A stretch of DNA of 63,187 bases, the filler included, from Chiloscyllium plagiosum (taxonomy: Eukaryota): assembly GCF_004010195.1 (NCBI RefSeq). It is 4 parts of one record of this genome, joined end to end, with 100 filler letters (N's around TTAATTAATTAA, not from the genome) between each part and the next. Parts side by side here need not be neighbours in the genome. Positions count along the whole stretch, not along the records: positions 1 to 22,612 come from NC_057712.1; 3 more parts are not named here. The stretch is one strand, 5' to 3'. Both the position numbers and the translations under genes were made by a program. Positions 1 to 11,719 of this stretch are shown here, one piece after another; within the stretch, counting starts at the first letter, position 1, and each line of letters begins with the position of its first letter. The notes under the pieces were generated by a model. The model saw only the letters and a program-made list of their open reading frames with translations. It did no database searches and was not told the origin of the DNA.

Positions 1-18
1 ATGTAAATAACTTCATAC

Positions 19-126
19 CTCATTCCTTTCATCCACATCTTTGCACTTCTCCAGCAATGCCTTGAAAGCAGTAATATTCTCCTCTTCAACATAGGTTAAC
101 AAACTATGTGATGTGACAGCAGTCAT
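19..126 (-). CDS. kidins220: First coding exon of KIDINS220/ARMS (kinase D-interacting substrate 220 kDa). The whole exon spans 166..19 including 40 nt of 5'UTR; the gene continues left out of the window.
   Basis: The minus strand reads ttttaatattgcag|...ATG(126)...GAG(19)|gtatga, 36 codons: MTAVTSHSLLTYVEEENITAFKALLEKCKDVDERNE. This closely matches the human KIDINS220 N-terminus as I recall it (MSVLISQSVINYVEEENIPALKALLEKCKDVDERNE). Boundaries are canonical AG/GT with a phase-0 donor. Not in the ORF track (too short). Confidence 0.95.
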
Positions 127-842
127 TATGTTGCAATCACACTACAAATGTAGTCTTCAAGTATACCTGCAATATTAAAACACAAACTGGCATCACTTTT
201 AAAAATCAATGGACAGAAACGCTCAGGGACATTAAGCCATAATAGCAAGGCTTCCTAAAATGGAACACAGAAAAGCAGAACTTGCTGGAGAAACTGTGGA
301 GAGAAAACAGAGTTGAAGTTGAGTCCAGAAACCCCTCTTTGGAAATGATAGCAGTTAGGAAAAGGTGGCAATCCTCTGAGACTTTTCCAGAATTTAAAGA
401 CTGCTGAAAAAAGCATCCAAGTGCATCGAATGTCCCTGTAGCTGCTTCCTTTAATATCGAAAGATGAATTCAATCAGGTCCAGGGATTCTGCAGTTTCTC
501 TAGCACTTTTTCCTCTAGTGATAGTTACTGTATTTTTTTTATTGTCTTTTTGCCTTTTGAATTTTATAGCTTTTAATGATGGCACAAATACGTGGTTTGA
601 AGCTCACGTCCGTGCCAAATGCTCCAGCATTAAACAGAACAGGACTGGAGTCATTAAAGAATGAATCTAGTCCTAATGAAGGGCGACATGAAATGCTTTC
701 CCTCCATAGATACTATCAGGCCTGCAGAGTTTCTCCAGCAATTCTTATTTTTGTTTCAGATTTCAAACATCTGCAGTTGTTGGTTTTTATTACAATGAAA
801 GAATTGAGTTTGCTCAAAACAATGACTTCACTCTTCCCAGTA

Positions 843-1542
843 CAGAGGAACCTCGGTTATCCGAATACCAATTATCCTAAAATCGGATTATCTAAAGGAG
901 ACCTCAAGGTCCCGATAGAAACATTATAAAGATGTGTTTCCATTAGTGATCGCATCTTTTGTTTACGGTGATTAAACAGGCACCATCTCCAAATGACTAA
1001 CTGCCCCCCCCTCTCTCCCCACTCTTACCCTGGAGTTTGACACAGGGGTGACCCTAAACCCCCCTTTCCCAGATAATCTCTCCAACATTGTCCTGCACAG
1101 GGCAAAAGTGGAACCTGTCAAAACGTTGCAGCAAAATGTTGTGTGTGGGGCTGTGGCTGTGTGCGTGTGTGCTGTGGCTGTGTGCGTGTGTGCTATTTGT
1201 AGACTTACCCCACAAAGGCAGCTGCAGCAGTCTTGCTGTTGGTGTCCAGTCCACCTGTCCCGGAGGGGGGGGCAGGTGTGTACGGGATTTGGGGGCAGGG
1301 CGGGCGGCATTGAGGGCAGGGTGCGGGGGGAGGTGTTGCACGGGGTTGGGGGCGGGGGCGGGGGCGGTGTTGCACGGGATTGGGGGTGGTGTCTCGTGTG
1401 CTGCTGCAGTCTCCTGAATGGGGAGCAGACTTTAAAAACTCCGAGCCCTAAAGGAAAGGCATTTAAATTGATTAACCGAATAATCAATTATCCGAATGAA
1501 ATAGTGCCCGCCCATCACGTTCGGATAATCAAGGTTCCTCTG
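843..1542. mobile_element. Non-autonomous pogo/Tigger-like (Tc1/mariner superfamily) DNA transposon (MITE)
   Basis: Terminal inverted repeats CAGAGGAACCTCGGTTATCCGAA (843-865) and TTCGGATAATCAAGGTTCCTCTG (1520-1542), each flanked by TA (841-842, 1543-1544). No transposase ORF; G-rich interior. Confidence 0.85.
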
Positions 1543-1890
1543 TATTTAATTGCAGGAAATGCTGTCTCATCTAGTACTAAATGCCTGGCAAACAATCTAA
1601 TAATTCAGCAACAGTGGCAGAGTGTAGAGAGGTGTGTTAGGATAGAGCTGGGTTTCAGTACAGAAGTAAAAACTGACATTGTGTTTTCAGGTTCTGTCAC
1701 TCTCTATATGGAAGCACACAGATAACATTGGGGCCAAAGATAGATCATTGACAGAACAACAGAGGCAACTATAATAGAAAAGCCATTCTACATGACAAAG
1801 GACAACTAAAGACCAAGAAAGAAACTAGTCGCTGCAGTCTCACACTGTTGCAATGACAATGTGGAGGAGGTTAGGCATTAGGGTAGCATA

Positions 1891-2051
1891 CTCTGGATCA
1901 GTGGTGCTGGAAGAGCACAGCAATTCAGGCAGCATCCGAAGACAGGCAAAATCGACGTTTCGGGCAAAAGCCCTTCATCAGGAATAAAGGCAGAGAGCCT
2001 GAAGCGTGGAGAGATAAACTAGAGGAGGGTGGGGGTGGGGAGAGAGTGGCA
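1891..2051 (-). mobile_element. Short PLE terminal fragment (family 1) with an intact minimal hammerhead-like core
   Basis: Minus strand CTGATGA-A-GGGC-TTTT-GCCC-GAAA-CG-TC at ~1954-1981. Flanked by 12-bp direct repeat TAGGGTAGCATA (1879-1890, 2052-2063). Confidence 0.75.
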
Positions 2052-2382
2052 TAGGGTAGCATAGTCAAACATATCAAAGGTCGCAGACAAGTTGAGGAGG
2101 TTTTGTTCACCCTTGTCAGTTTCTTATGTGACAATTTGTAACAGCCCTTTCAGAATAGCTCCAGGGTAAAAAAATGTGTTTGGAGGGGTTCAGTAAGGGA
2201 ATTCCCAAAGATGGAGAATAGATTCAAGAGGTAACATCTTCATGGCCATCGGCTAAAAAAGTTGGAGACAAAACTGCAAATCATGAGCACAGAGAGAAAG
2301 GTTTTGTTTTGGAGGAGAAGGTGGTGGCTTAAGATTTGCACAGAATAGCACAGAACATAATGTTACTTCTTACTATTTAAAG

Positions 2383-2740
2383 GCCAAGCCTGGATATTGC
2401 CCAAATCTTGCTGCATTTGGATATGGATTGCTTCAGTGTCTGAGAAGTCCCAAATTCTAGTGAACATTGATGAAGCAGCTGGAGATGATTGAGACTAGGA
2501 CACTATGTGAGGAACTGTGGGGTTCTTATTGTACAGTGCTAGTGTCACTAGGTTTGGACCAGGAGGCCTGGATTCAAGTCCCACCTGCTCCAAAGGGTTG
2601 AATCTCTGAACAGGTCGACTAGAATATATCTACACGGAGGAACTCCTGCAGAGGATGTCCTGGATTGGAGATGACTGACCTCCAACAACAATAACCATCT
2701 TCCTTCATGACAGATATGACTCCAACCAGTGGAAAGAGTC
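2383..2740 (-). mobile_element. CR1-group LINE ORF2 fragment (same family as 9060-10010), interrupted by a short SINE
   Basis: Reverse-complement similarity to 9300-9570 and direct similarity to 31940-32230 (gatattgcccaaatcttgctgcatttgg; gagatgactgacctc). Confidence 0.7.
2517..2636 (+). mobile_element. Short tRNA-derived SINE-like insertion
   Basis: B-box-like GGATTCAAGTCC. Flanked by 8-bp direct repeat GAGGAACT (2509-2516, 2637-2644) that splits the host LINE. A related piece lies at ~57690-57755. Confidence 0.55.
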
Positions 2741-5084
2741 TGCCTGAGTACCTCAAACATTAAGTGCACAGCTATAAAATCTTTATCAATAGTTTGTAAC
2801 ATTTTCCAATGAAAAATGTTAAGCTATTGTTTCCCACTTTGTCTCTCTCCCTTTTTGGATAAAGCAGTTACATTTGAGATTTGCAGCAAATCTAGGGACT
2901 TTTAAAAAATTAAACCCAATGCATTAACTATCACACTTGCCATTTTTCAATAAGATTGCAGGATGCCCTTCCCCTGGCACTTGTACTTTGCTTGAATGCC
3001 TCTGCCCTTCTATTTTCTGATGTACTATTTCTGAGATGCTACTTGTATTCTCTGTAGTGAAGACTGGTACAAATTCCCTGTTGAATTCATCTGCTACTAC
3101 TATCTCCTTCCATTATTAATTTACCAGAGTCATTTTCTACAGGGCCAAAACTCACTTAGTTAACTCTTTCTAAATATTGAAATAAACGTTCACTGTCTAT
3201 TTTTTATAATTCTAGTTAGCTTTCTTTCAAAAATTCTTAAATTTTTCCCCAACCTTTTTATCTTTGTCATTCTTTGCAGTTCTTCATAATATGTCCAATC
3301 TTCAAACCTTTCACTCATGTTTGCACAACTCTGATTTTAAGTTTGCTATTATATTTAACTTTTTTTTTTAAGTTAACCACAAATGATAAGACCTTCCTTT
3401 GGAATTTTTTTCTTTTGGAATTGCATTTTCTGTGCATTCTGAAATATTCCCTTAAATATCTGCACCAATATCTATTGTCTATCCTTTAGCCTTGTTTGCC
3501 AGTGCACTTTAGCCAGCTGTTTCCATGCCCTCATAACTGCCTGAGTTGAAAATACAAATCTTGAATCCATTCTTCGCTCTCCAATAGAATGTAATATTCC
3601 ATCATATTATGAGCTTTCCAGCAATTTCTGTTTTCATTTGTTTCAGATCTCCAACATTTGCAGTTCTTTGCTTGTTATTATGATTAATGTGCCCTAGGAG
3701 GCAGCAATCAATTATATTTCATTGCACAACACCAGGTCCAAAATTGCCTGCTCTCCAGTTGGTTCGAGGATGTACTGTTCTAAGGGACTATCCCAAAAAT
3801 GAATTTGTCATCTCAACTATCTGTCCCCATCTAATTTCCCAGTCCATATGGGGATTCAAGCCCAACCCCCCGCCCCCCAACAACTGTTGCTACCCCTTCC
3901 TGAGAAGTTCCCAGTATTTCTTCCTTTATTTCTATCCTGTGTTGTTACTGTTAGGGAGCATGCATATCAACACTCATGAGTAATTTTCTGTCTTTGTTTC
4001 TCATCTATACTCAAACCACTTTAAAATTCTGACAGACATACACTTAACACAGGGGACAAGAACAACATTTGAAGGGAAATAGGATTGAGGAAGCAGACAG
4101 TGGGTCTTGTGGTCAATGAGCTCAGAGATGACAAATGAGAGATTCGAGCAAAAGTGGAATATGCAAATTCAGCAATAAAGATGGAGAGATTGGAGAGATT
4201 TCTTGGGCTATAGGGGAGGAAAGGACAGTCAACTGACTGAATGGTCCCAATTATCTCATTCTTCATGTGCATTTGTTATAGGAAGTGAGCAGGGAAGACA
4301 CAAGGATCCTAAATAAGAAGTTAGCCAAGCTTAAGTATAATTATATCATATACAGGTTTGTGTCAACAAAAATAGAAATCGTTGGAGAAACTCAGCAGAA
4401 TTGGCAGCATCGATGGAGAGAAAGCAGAGTTGATGTTGAGACCAGTGACCCTTCTTCAGAATGGATAGTAGCTTTGAAAAGGGATGGTAAACCAGGGAAA
4501 AATAAAAGGTGACAAAGGGGACAATACATAGGTGAAAAATGGGTTGGCAATGCTGAAAGCAGCCTATGTCATGGCAAGGTCTGGGGTGTAGGGGTGAGTA
4601 AAAGGACACGGAAGGTAATGTTTAGGCTCTAAAATCTTTGAACTTTAAATCAAGTCCTAAGGCTGCAGGTCCCCCAAGCAGAAAACAAGATGCTGTTCTT
4701 TCAACTTGTGCTAAGCCTCGTTGGAGCACTGAGACAATTTTGTATGTTCTTTGCGGTTATTAAAACATGTTTGTCAGTTTGTACAAATTATTGACTTATC
4801 CTACCACCTTCTGGTAGAAAACAGCATGACATGGATGCATGCAACAAATCAGCTGCAGCAAGAATCTTAAGATGGGTGCCCATTTTCTGGTTAAACCACT
4901 ATCATTCATCTCTTCCGATGAGAGAGAGCAGCCCTATAGTTCTCTGAGAATATGGTGACTTTACCTTATTCCCTCAGATGTTATAAAAGTTAGCTTGACG
5001 TCTGGATACAGGAATAGACTCCATTATAGGGAGTGAGCGCCAAGAGAAAGAAAAGCCAAGAAAAACCTTGACTAGAAATGAATA

Positions 5085-5400
5085 CTTAGAATCCCTACAG
5101 TGTGGAAATAGGCCATTTGAGCCAACAAATTCACACCCACCAAAGAGTAACCCACCTAGACCCATTCCCCCATTACTCTACGTTTACACCTGACTAATGC
5201 TCCTATCCGACATATCCCTGAGCACTATGAGCAATTTAGCATGGCCAATCCACCTAACCTACAAATCTTTGAACTGTGGGAGGTAACCCAAGCTGACACA
5301 GGGAGAATGTGCAAATTCTGCACAGTCACCTGAGGCTGGGATCGAACATGGGTCCCTGGCGCTGTGAGATAGCAGTGCTAACTACTGAACCACCATGCCT
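5085..5400 (-). mobile_element. HE1-type V-SINE
   Basis: tRNA-like head (GGTGGTTCAGTAGTTAGCACTG...GTTCGATCC on minus), V-domain (TTGGCCATGCTAAATTGC) and a HER1-like 3' tail. Confidence 0.85.
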
Positions 5401-5856
5401 TCCCAGTTTAGAATGAGTGAAAAAAACCCAGAAATAGACTATGTACATACTGAATATGTAAATAAAAAGTCAACAGCAGGCCAGCCTAAAGATTGAGACC
5501 TGCAACAGGAAAAATGGAGAAGCAAATGTAGTTGCTTTTGGAATTGGCTCAGGTTCAGTCACATTTTTGTTTTTCTGCTGCCAAGGTAACTCAAAATCTT
5601 AGCAATATTGCAGAAATATTAGATATGATTTAAAACTGACAACACTTCCAAATTAGTACTGTATCCGACTTGCTTAATACAAGTTTGAATTAGATTTTCT
5701 CAAAGGCTTCCACAAAATCAAAATCTGTTCATGTGTAAAAATAGGCCTAGGAATATTAACACAATTTGCCAAAATTGACAGTACAGTCATTGATTTTGAA
5801 AGTCTAATGTGAACTTCTTTTTCTCTTGAGTCAGAAAGGTGTTTATATAGGATGGT

Positions 5857-6085
5857 TGTAGCGAATGTAAAGAGGTCAGCCAAGTGTACCTCATAGAATA
5901 GGAGTTCCCTGTTTGGTCCAGATAACAGTCCCAGAGAGTACCCTAGCTGACAAGATTAAAACAGGATCAGACATCCTGTCACTCGGAGAGCTGGCTTTGA
6001 GGGAGCTGGAGCAGTGCAAATGATTTTCCATGTTTAAATAAAAAGGTGATTTGGTGATGCAATATCGATCTCTATGGAGTTGTCA
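5857..6085 (+). mobile_element. Solo LTR (~230 bp), uninterrupted member of the family expanded at 26686-28705
   Basis: TG...CA ends, AATAAA near 6037, flanks ATGGT/ATGGC (near-perfect 5-bp TSD). Colinear with the reverse complements of 28605-28705 and 26686-26793. Confidence 0.75.
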
Positions 6086-7644
6086 ATGGCCTGTTGTGAT
6101 TCTGGAATAAAGTCACAAAGCAAACCAATGTTCAACCACATCTCAAAATTTCTTCCGAATTAAATAATACAAATACTACATGGAAACAAGTGCGTGTTCT
6201 CTGGACTAGTATTCATTATACAGAGTTTTCTCAAACAGTCAATTGTATGAATTAATTTTCACACTTCTTTTTTCTACATAATCAAAGAGACTAATTTTAT
6301 AAATCAATTAAAATCATTTTTTGATTCACATTGTTTCCAGTGATTTCAATAGTAGTGCATCTAACTAGAGGGCTCAAACTCTAAGAATATACAAATAAGT
6401 GAAAGAGAAATTCTTCATAAAATGAATACTCAGACATGGCAAGCTTTACCATGAGTTATCAAGTCAAGGACAAGTATCATTTAAAAAGGAAACCAATCAA
6501 GTATGTTTCAAAAATAAAGTCAAATAAGGGCAAAGTGTAGAAAAATACTATTAGAGCAGCTGTGCCTGGTCAAAGAACAAGGCTTTCTTTACTGCTGTAA
6601 TTTTATTGATTTGGTCCTTCTTCAGGACCATTCAACTCCGCAACTGTGTATTATGAGCGAAACCAATCTATTCCAGCAATAAAAGATTATTGACAGTTAT
6701 GGTAAACATGTTGATACATGGAGAAAGAAACAAATATAGAAAATCAGAACAGGAGTAGGTGAATTGGCCCTTCAAACATGTTTCACCGTTCAAGCGTACT
6801 TCAAAAACAAATATAAAAAGTCTTACATTGCATAAAGTAACCTAAATTTTTAAAAGTGTGACTGACTTAATTTTAAAAGTACCTTTATCTATAATGACTC
6901 AGTGCCATACCACATGCTAATTGAAAAGACAGAGTAGCTAATAATCAAAACAGGATTTCCAAAACTGTGGGTCACAAACCAACCTTTTGGAGGTGCAAAC
7001 AATATTAAAAAGGTGATACACAAGAAATGAGGGGAAAAAAAGGGAACACTAGCAATAAAATCAAAGAAAGGGACAAAACAATTACAGGTTAGTCACAAAC
7101 CTAACACATACAATACCTGCCATGGAGCTTCAATTGACTGATAACAGCTCAGTGCTTCTCTAAAAATAATTCTGTGCAGCTTGAATCCTGTCCTAAAAAA
7201 ACTAAAGGAACAACTAGTGCTCTTCAAAAGGAGTTAAGTCTTAAATATTTTCCACACCCCATCAAGCTACAAATTTTTTCTGCTTTTCCTTATCTGGCTC
7301 TTACAGCTATCTCACCCACACCCCCAATCTAGGGTCATAGCAATTTAAGCACCAAAAATGGGAAGTAGTTGGGAAGCACAGAGGGCTTTCATCTCTTCAA
7401 AATAAAGTTAATGGCATCAATACACCAAAACTATATTCAGAATGTCTGAATAGCCACTATTGGAAATCATAGATATCAAGAAATTTAAGCAGGATTGGTG
7501 ACACAGCAATACAATACTTCACTGAGTGCACTTCAGTCTTCACTTCAGGACTCAACAAATAAACTAATTTTTGGTTTGGAAATCAGCAAAACTTCTAATT
7601 TTGGGAAACAGAAGCTGAAGAATAGCTTATTGTTGACAGGAGGA

Positions 7645-8050
7645 GCTAATGTGTTATTCACTAGCTAGCCTATCCCTAATTGCCCAGAGCATAAGCCCAT
7701 AAAGACATGAGTGGAAGTAAAGCCATTCAGCTCATTGAGTCCACTCCGCTATTTAATCATGGGCATTTCAACTCCCCAGAGGGCAGTAAAAGCAACTACA
7801 TAGTTTGTGTCACATGTAAGCCAAGCCAGGTAAGGATGGGAGTTTCCTTCCCTAAAGGACATTACTGTACCAGATGGAATTTTTCAACAATCAACACTGT
7901 TTCATGGTCATCATTGGAGGTTTCAGAGGTTTTAACCAAATTCAAATTCCACCATCTGCCAATGCAGAATTTGAACCAGAGCCCCCAGAACATTATCTGG
8001 GTTTTGGTATTAATGGTCTAGCAATAACAGCGATAGGCTATTACCTAGTA
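7645..8050 (-). mobile_element. CR1-group LINE 3'-end fragments
   Basis: ATCCCTAATTGCCC at ~7672 is the reverse complement of the 12380-12400 tail (gggcaactaggaatggg); the remainder is degenerate. Confidence 0.4.
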
Positions 8051-8085
8051 ATGATTAATAAAGAATTCTACTCAACTAATATTAA

Positions 8086-8490
8086 GTTAAAAATCACACA
8101 ACACCAAGTTATAGTCCAACAGGTTTAATTGGAAGCACTAGCTTTCGAAGCGCTGCTCTTTCATCAAGTGGTTGTGAAGTACACAATTGTAAGACACAGA
8201 ATTTATAGCAAACGTTTACAATGTGACGTAACTGAAATTATAACTGGAAACAAATGCGATCATTCTAACAGATGAGAGACTTAAACAATCCAGGTCTTTT
8301 TCAATATATAATTTCAGTTACATCACACTGCTATAAATTCTGTGCCTTGTGATCTTATACTCCACGACCACTGATGAAAAGAGCAGCGCTCCAAAAGCTA
8401 GCGCTTCCAATTAAACCAATTGGACTATAACCTGGTGTTGTGTGATTTTTAACTTTGTACACCCAAGTCCAACACCAGCATCTCCAAATC
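8086..8490. mobile_element. Fold-back PLE terminal element (family 2): two inverted ~155-bp arms, each with a decayed hammerhead-like core
   Basis: 8084-8241 is the reverse complement of 8307-8455. Cores TTGATGA..GAAAGCTA (minus, ~8136-8170) and CTGATGA..AAAAGCTA (plus, 8371-8400). Flanking repeat CAA(C/G)TAATATTAA (8073-8085, 8490-8502). Same termini as 49757-51774. Confidence 0.7.
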
Positions 8491-9059
8491 AAGTAATATT
8501 AAAATTTCAATATGGCCGCAGATTGGGGGAAATAAGCCCAGGGCTCGTCTGATCCTATCGGCTTTCTTTCACTTTTCTTTTTGCATTTCTCCTTTTCTTT
8601 TAAACCTAGAAAATGGTAAGTGAGGAGGGTGGGCTCCGGCAGCAGCAACACCAAGATGAACCAGACACGGCTCCACCTAGCCTGAGGTCTCCCAGCAAGT
8701 GAGGTACATGTCCTCGGCTGAGTACCCTGACCCATGTGCACAGGCTAGGCTGAGACTCCAGGTCCATCGCTAGGCATGGGCATGTGGAGGAGGAGAAAGG
8801 CAGTCACGGCCTGTGTGATGGTCTCATCCTGGCACAGAGGCTTTCTTCAACTTCAGTGTCCCAGTATTCCAACAGGCAGTCTTGTCCAGAAGCAGCAGTT
8901 TTCTTCAGACGAGGCTTCCAGTCTAGTATCCAGGAGCCTGACATGGATATTCCATTCTGGCTGTATCATCCAGGTATTCCATCATTCCTAAATCCGCTTT
9001 GCCCAAGCCCAGGAGCTGTTAACACAACTGTGTTGAACATTGTCTTAATTTCTTGTTAA

Positions 9060-10010
9060 AGTGATGGAAGGTGTCATTAACAGTGTTATCAAGCAGCACC
9101 TGCTCAGCAAAGCCAAGTTTGAGTTCCACCAGGGCCATTCAGTTCCTGACCTCATGACAGCCTTGGTTCTAACATGGACAAAAAAAATGATTGAGCTGAA
9201 TCCCGGAGGGGAGGTGAGACCAAGGCTTCATTCAACCAGGTGGGGCATCAAGAAGCTCTAGCAAAATTGGAATGAATAGACATCAGGGAACAAACTCTCC
9301 AGTGGTTAGAGCATATCTGGCATATAGGAAAGTGGTTGTGGTTATTATATGTCAGTCATCTCAGCTCCAGGTCATCACTGCAGGAGATCTTGAGGGTAAT
9401 GTCGTAGGACCAACAATCTTCAGCTGCTTCAAAATGTCCTTCCCTCCAACATAAACTTCAGAAGTTGGGATTGTGCAACATTCAGCATCATTCACAAATC
9501 CCCAGACATTGAAGCAGTCCATGTCCAAATGCAACAACATCTGGACAATATCCAGGCTCGGGCTGACAAGTGGTAAGTAACAATTCCGCCACCCAAATGC
9601 CAGGCTATGACCATCACCAATAAATGGCATTCTAACCAGCACCCCTTGACACTGAGTGTTACGATCACTCTATCCCCTAATATCAATATGCTGGGAGTTA
9701 TCCTTAAATCAAAAACTCAATTGGACCCACCACATAAATACAGTGGCTACAGGAGAGGCTAGGAATACTGCGGCAAGTAACTCACTTCCTGACTCCTCAA
9801 AGCTTTTCACCATCTACAAGGCACAAGTCAAAAGTGTGATGGAATATTCACCAAATGCCTGGTGAGTACAGCTCCAACAACACTCAAGAGGCTTGACACC
9901 ATTCAGGACAAAGCAGCATCTTTCGTTTTGGTACCACACCACAAATACCTACTCGCTCCACCAGTGGCATTCAATCCGCCGCCGCCGCCGCCACCACCAA
10001 CAAGATGCAA
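9060..10010 (+). mobile_element. CR1-group LINE reverse transcriptase C-terminal fragment (decayed)
   Basis: Fragmentary translations GNVVGPTIFSCF, YKAQVKSVMEYSP and LDTIQDKAA are typical of LINE RT domains and thumb. Confidence 0.8.
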
Positions 10011-10029
10011 ATCAGAAATTCAAATATCC

Positions 10030-11710
10030 TTAGACAGAGTTTCTGCAGCCCCTCAATGCCTCGTCTTCACCATGGACATCCAATCCCTCTACACCTCCAT
10101 CCGCCATGACTAGAGCCTCCAAGTTCTCAGTTTCTTCCTCTCCCGATGTCCCCAACAGTACCCTTCCACTGACACTCTTGTTCGTTTGGCTGAACTGGCC
10201 CTCACCCTTAACAATTTCTCCTTCGAATCCTCCCACTTCCTCCAGACTAAAGGGGTAGCCATGGGCACCGTATGGGCCCCAGCTATGCCTGTGTCTTTGT
10301 CTCCTATGTGGAACAGTCCATCTTCCGGAGTTACACTGGCACCACTCCCCATCTCTCCTTCCGCTACATTGACGACTGCATCGGCGCCACCTCGTGCTCC
10401 CACGAGGAAGTCAAACAGTTCATCAACTTCACCAACTTATTCCACCCCGACCTTAAATTCGCCTGGACCATCTCTGACACCTCCCTCCCCTTTCCTGGAC
10501 CTCTCCATCTCTATTAATGACGACCAACATGACATTGACTTTGTTTTACAAACCCACCGACTCCCACAGCTACCTGGATTACACCTCTTTCCGCCCTACC
10601 TCCTGCAAAAATGCCATCCCGTAATCCCAATTCCTCCGCCGTATCTGCTCCCAGGTGGACCAGTTCCACCACAGAACACACCAGATGGCCTCCTTCTTTA
10701 GAGACCACAATTTCCCTTCAAATGTGGTTGAAGATGCCCTCCAAGGCACCTCATCCACATCCCGCACCTCTGCCCTCAAACCCCACCTCTCCAACTGTAA
10801 CAAGGACAGAANNNNNNNNNNNNNNNNNNNNNNNNNNNNNNNNNNNNNNNNNNNNNNNNNNNNNNNNNNNNNNNNNNNNNNNNNNNNNNNNNNNNNNNNN
10901 NNNNNNNNNNNNNNNNNNNNNNNNNNNNNNNNNNNNNNNNNNNNNNNNNNNNNNNNNNNNNNNNNNNNNNNNNNNNNNNNNNNNNNNNNNNNNNNNNNNN
11001 NNNNNNNNNNNNNNNNNNNNNNNNNNNNNNNNNNNNNNNNNNNNNNNNNNNNNNNNNNNNNNNNNNNNNNNNNNNNNNNNNNNNNNNNNNNNNNNNNNNN
11101 NNNNNNNNNNNNNNNNNNNNNNNNNNNNNNNNNNNNNNNNNNNNNNNNNNNNNNNNNNNNNNNNNNNNNNNNNNNNNNNNNNNNNNNNNNNNNNNNNNNN
11201 NNNNNNNNNNNNNNNNNNNNNNNNNNNNNNNNNNNNNNNNNNNNNNNNNNNNNNNNNNNNNNNNNNNNNNNNNNNNNNNNNNNGGTCCAAGCCTCTCAAC
11301 AACCCATCCTCCCGTCCTGGCACCTCCCTCTGCCACTGCAGGGACTGCAAAATCTGTGCCCATACCTCCTCCCTCAATTCCATCCAAGGCCCCAAAGGAG
11401 CCTTCCACATCCAAAGTTTCACCTGCACATCCGACAATGTCATTTATTGTATCCATTGCTCCTGATGCGGTCTCCTCTACATTGGGGAGACTGGATGCCT
11501 CCTCGGAGAGTGCTTTTGGGAACACCTCCGGGACACCCGCATCAATCAACCCCACCGCTCCCTCACTACCTGACGCCTGGAGGAAGGAAGTCTCATCTTC
11601 TGCCTTGGAATACTTCAACCCCATTGCATCAATGTGCACTTCACCAGTTTCCTCATTTCCCCTCCCTCCACCTAACCCCCGTTCCAACCTTCCAGCTCAA
11701 CATCCCCCCC
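10030..11710 (+). mobile_element. Penelope-like element fragment (RT + GIY-YIG endonuclease), decayed; spans the N gap
   Basis: MDIQSLYTSI, NNFSFESSHFLQTKGVAMG, RYIDD, then FTCTSDNVIYCIHC...YIGET; contains frameshifts and stops. Confidence 0.85.
10812..11283. other. Assembly gap (472 N)
   Basis: Run of N. Confidence 1.
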
Positions 11711-11719
11711 CCCAACCAT

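Noticed and set aside
972..1725. 225-aa and 171-aa ORFs
   Set aside because: They arise from the G-rich, low-complexity interior of the MITE and show no transposase or other domain motifs.
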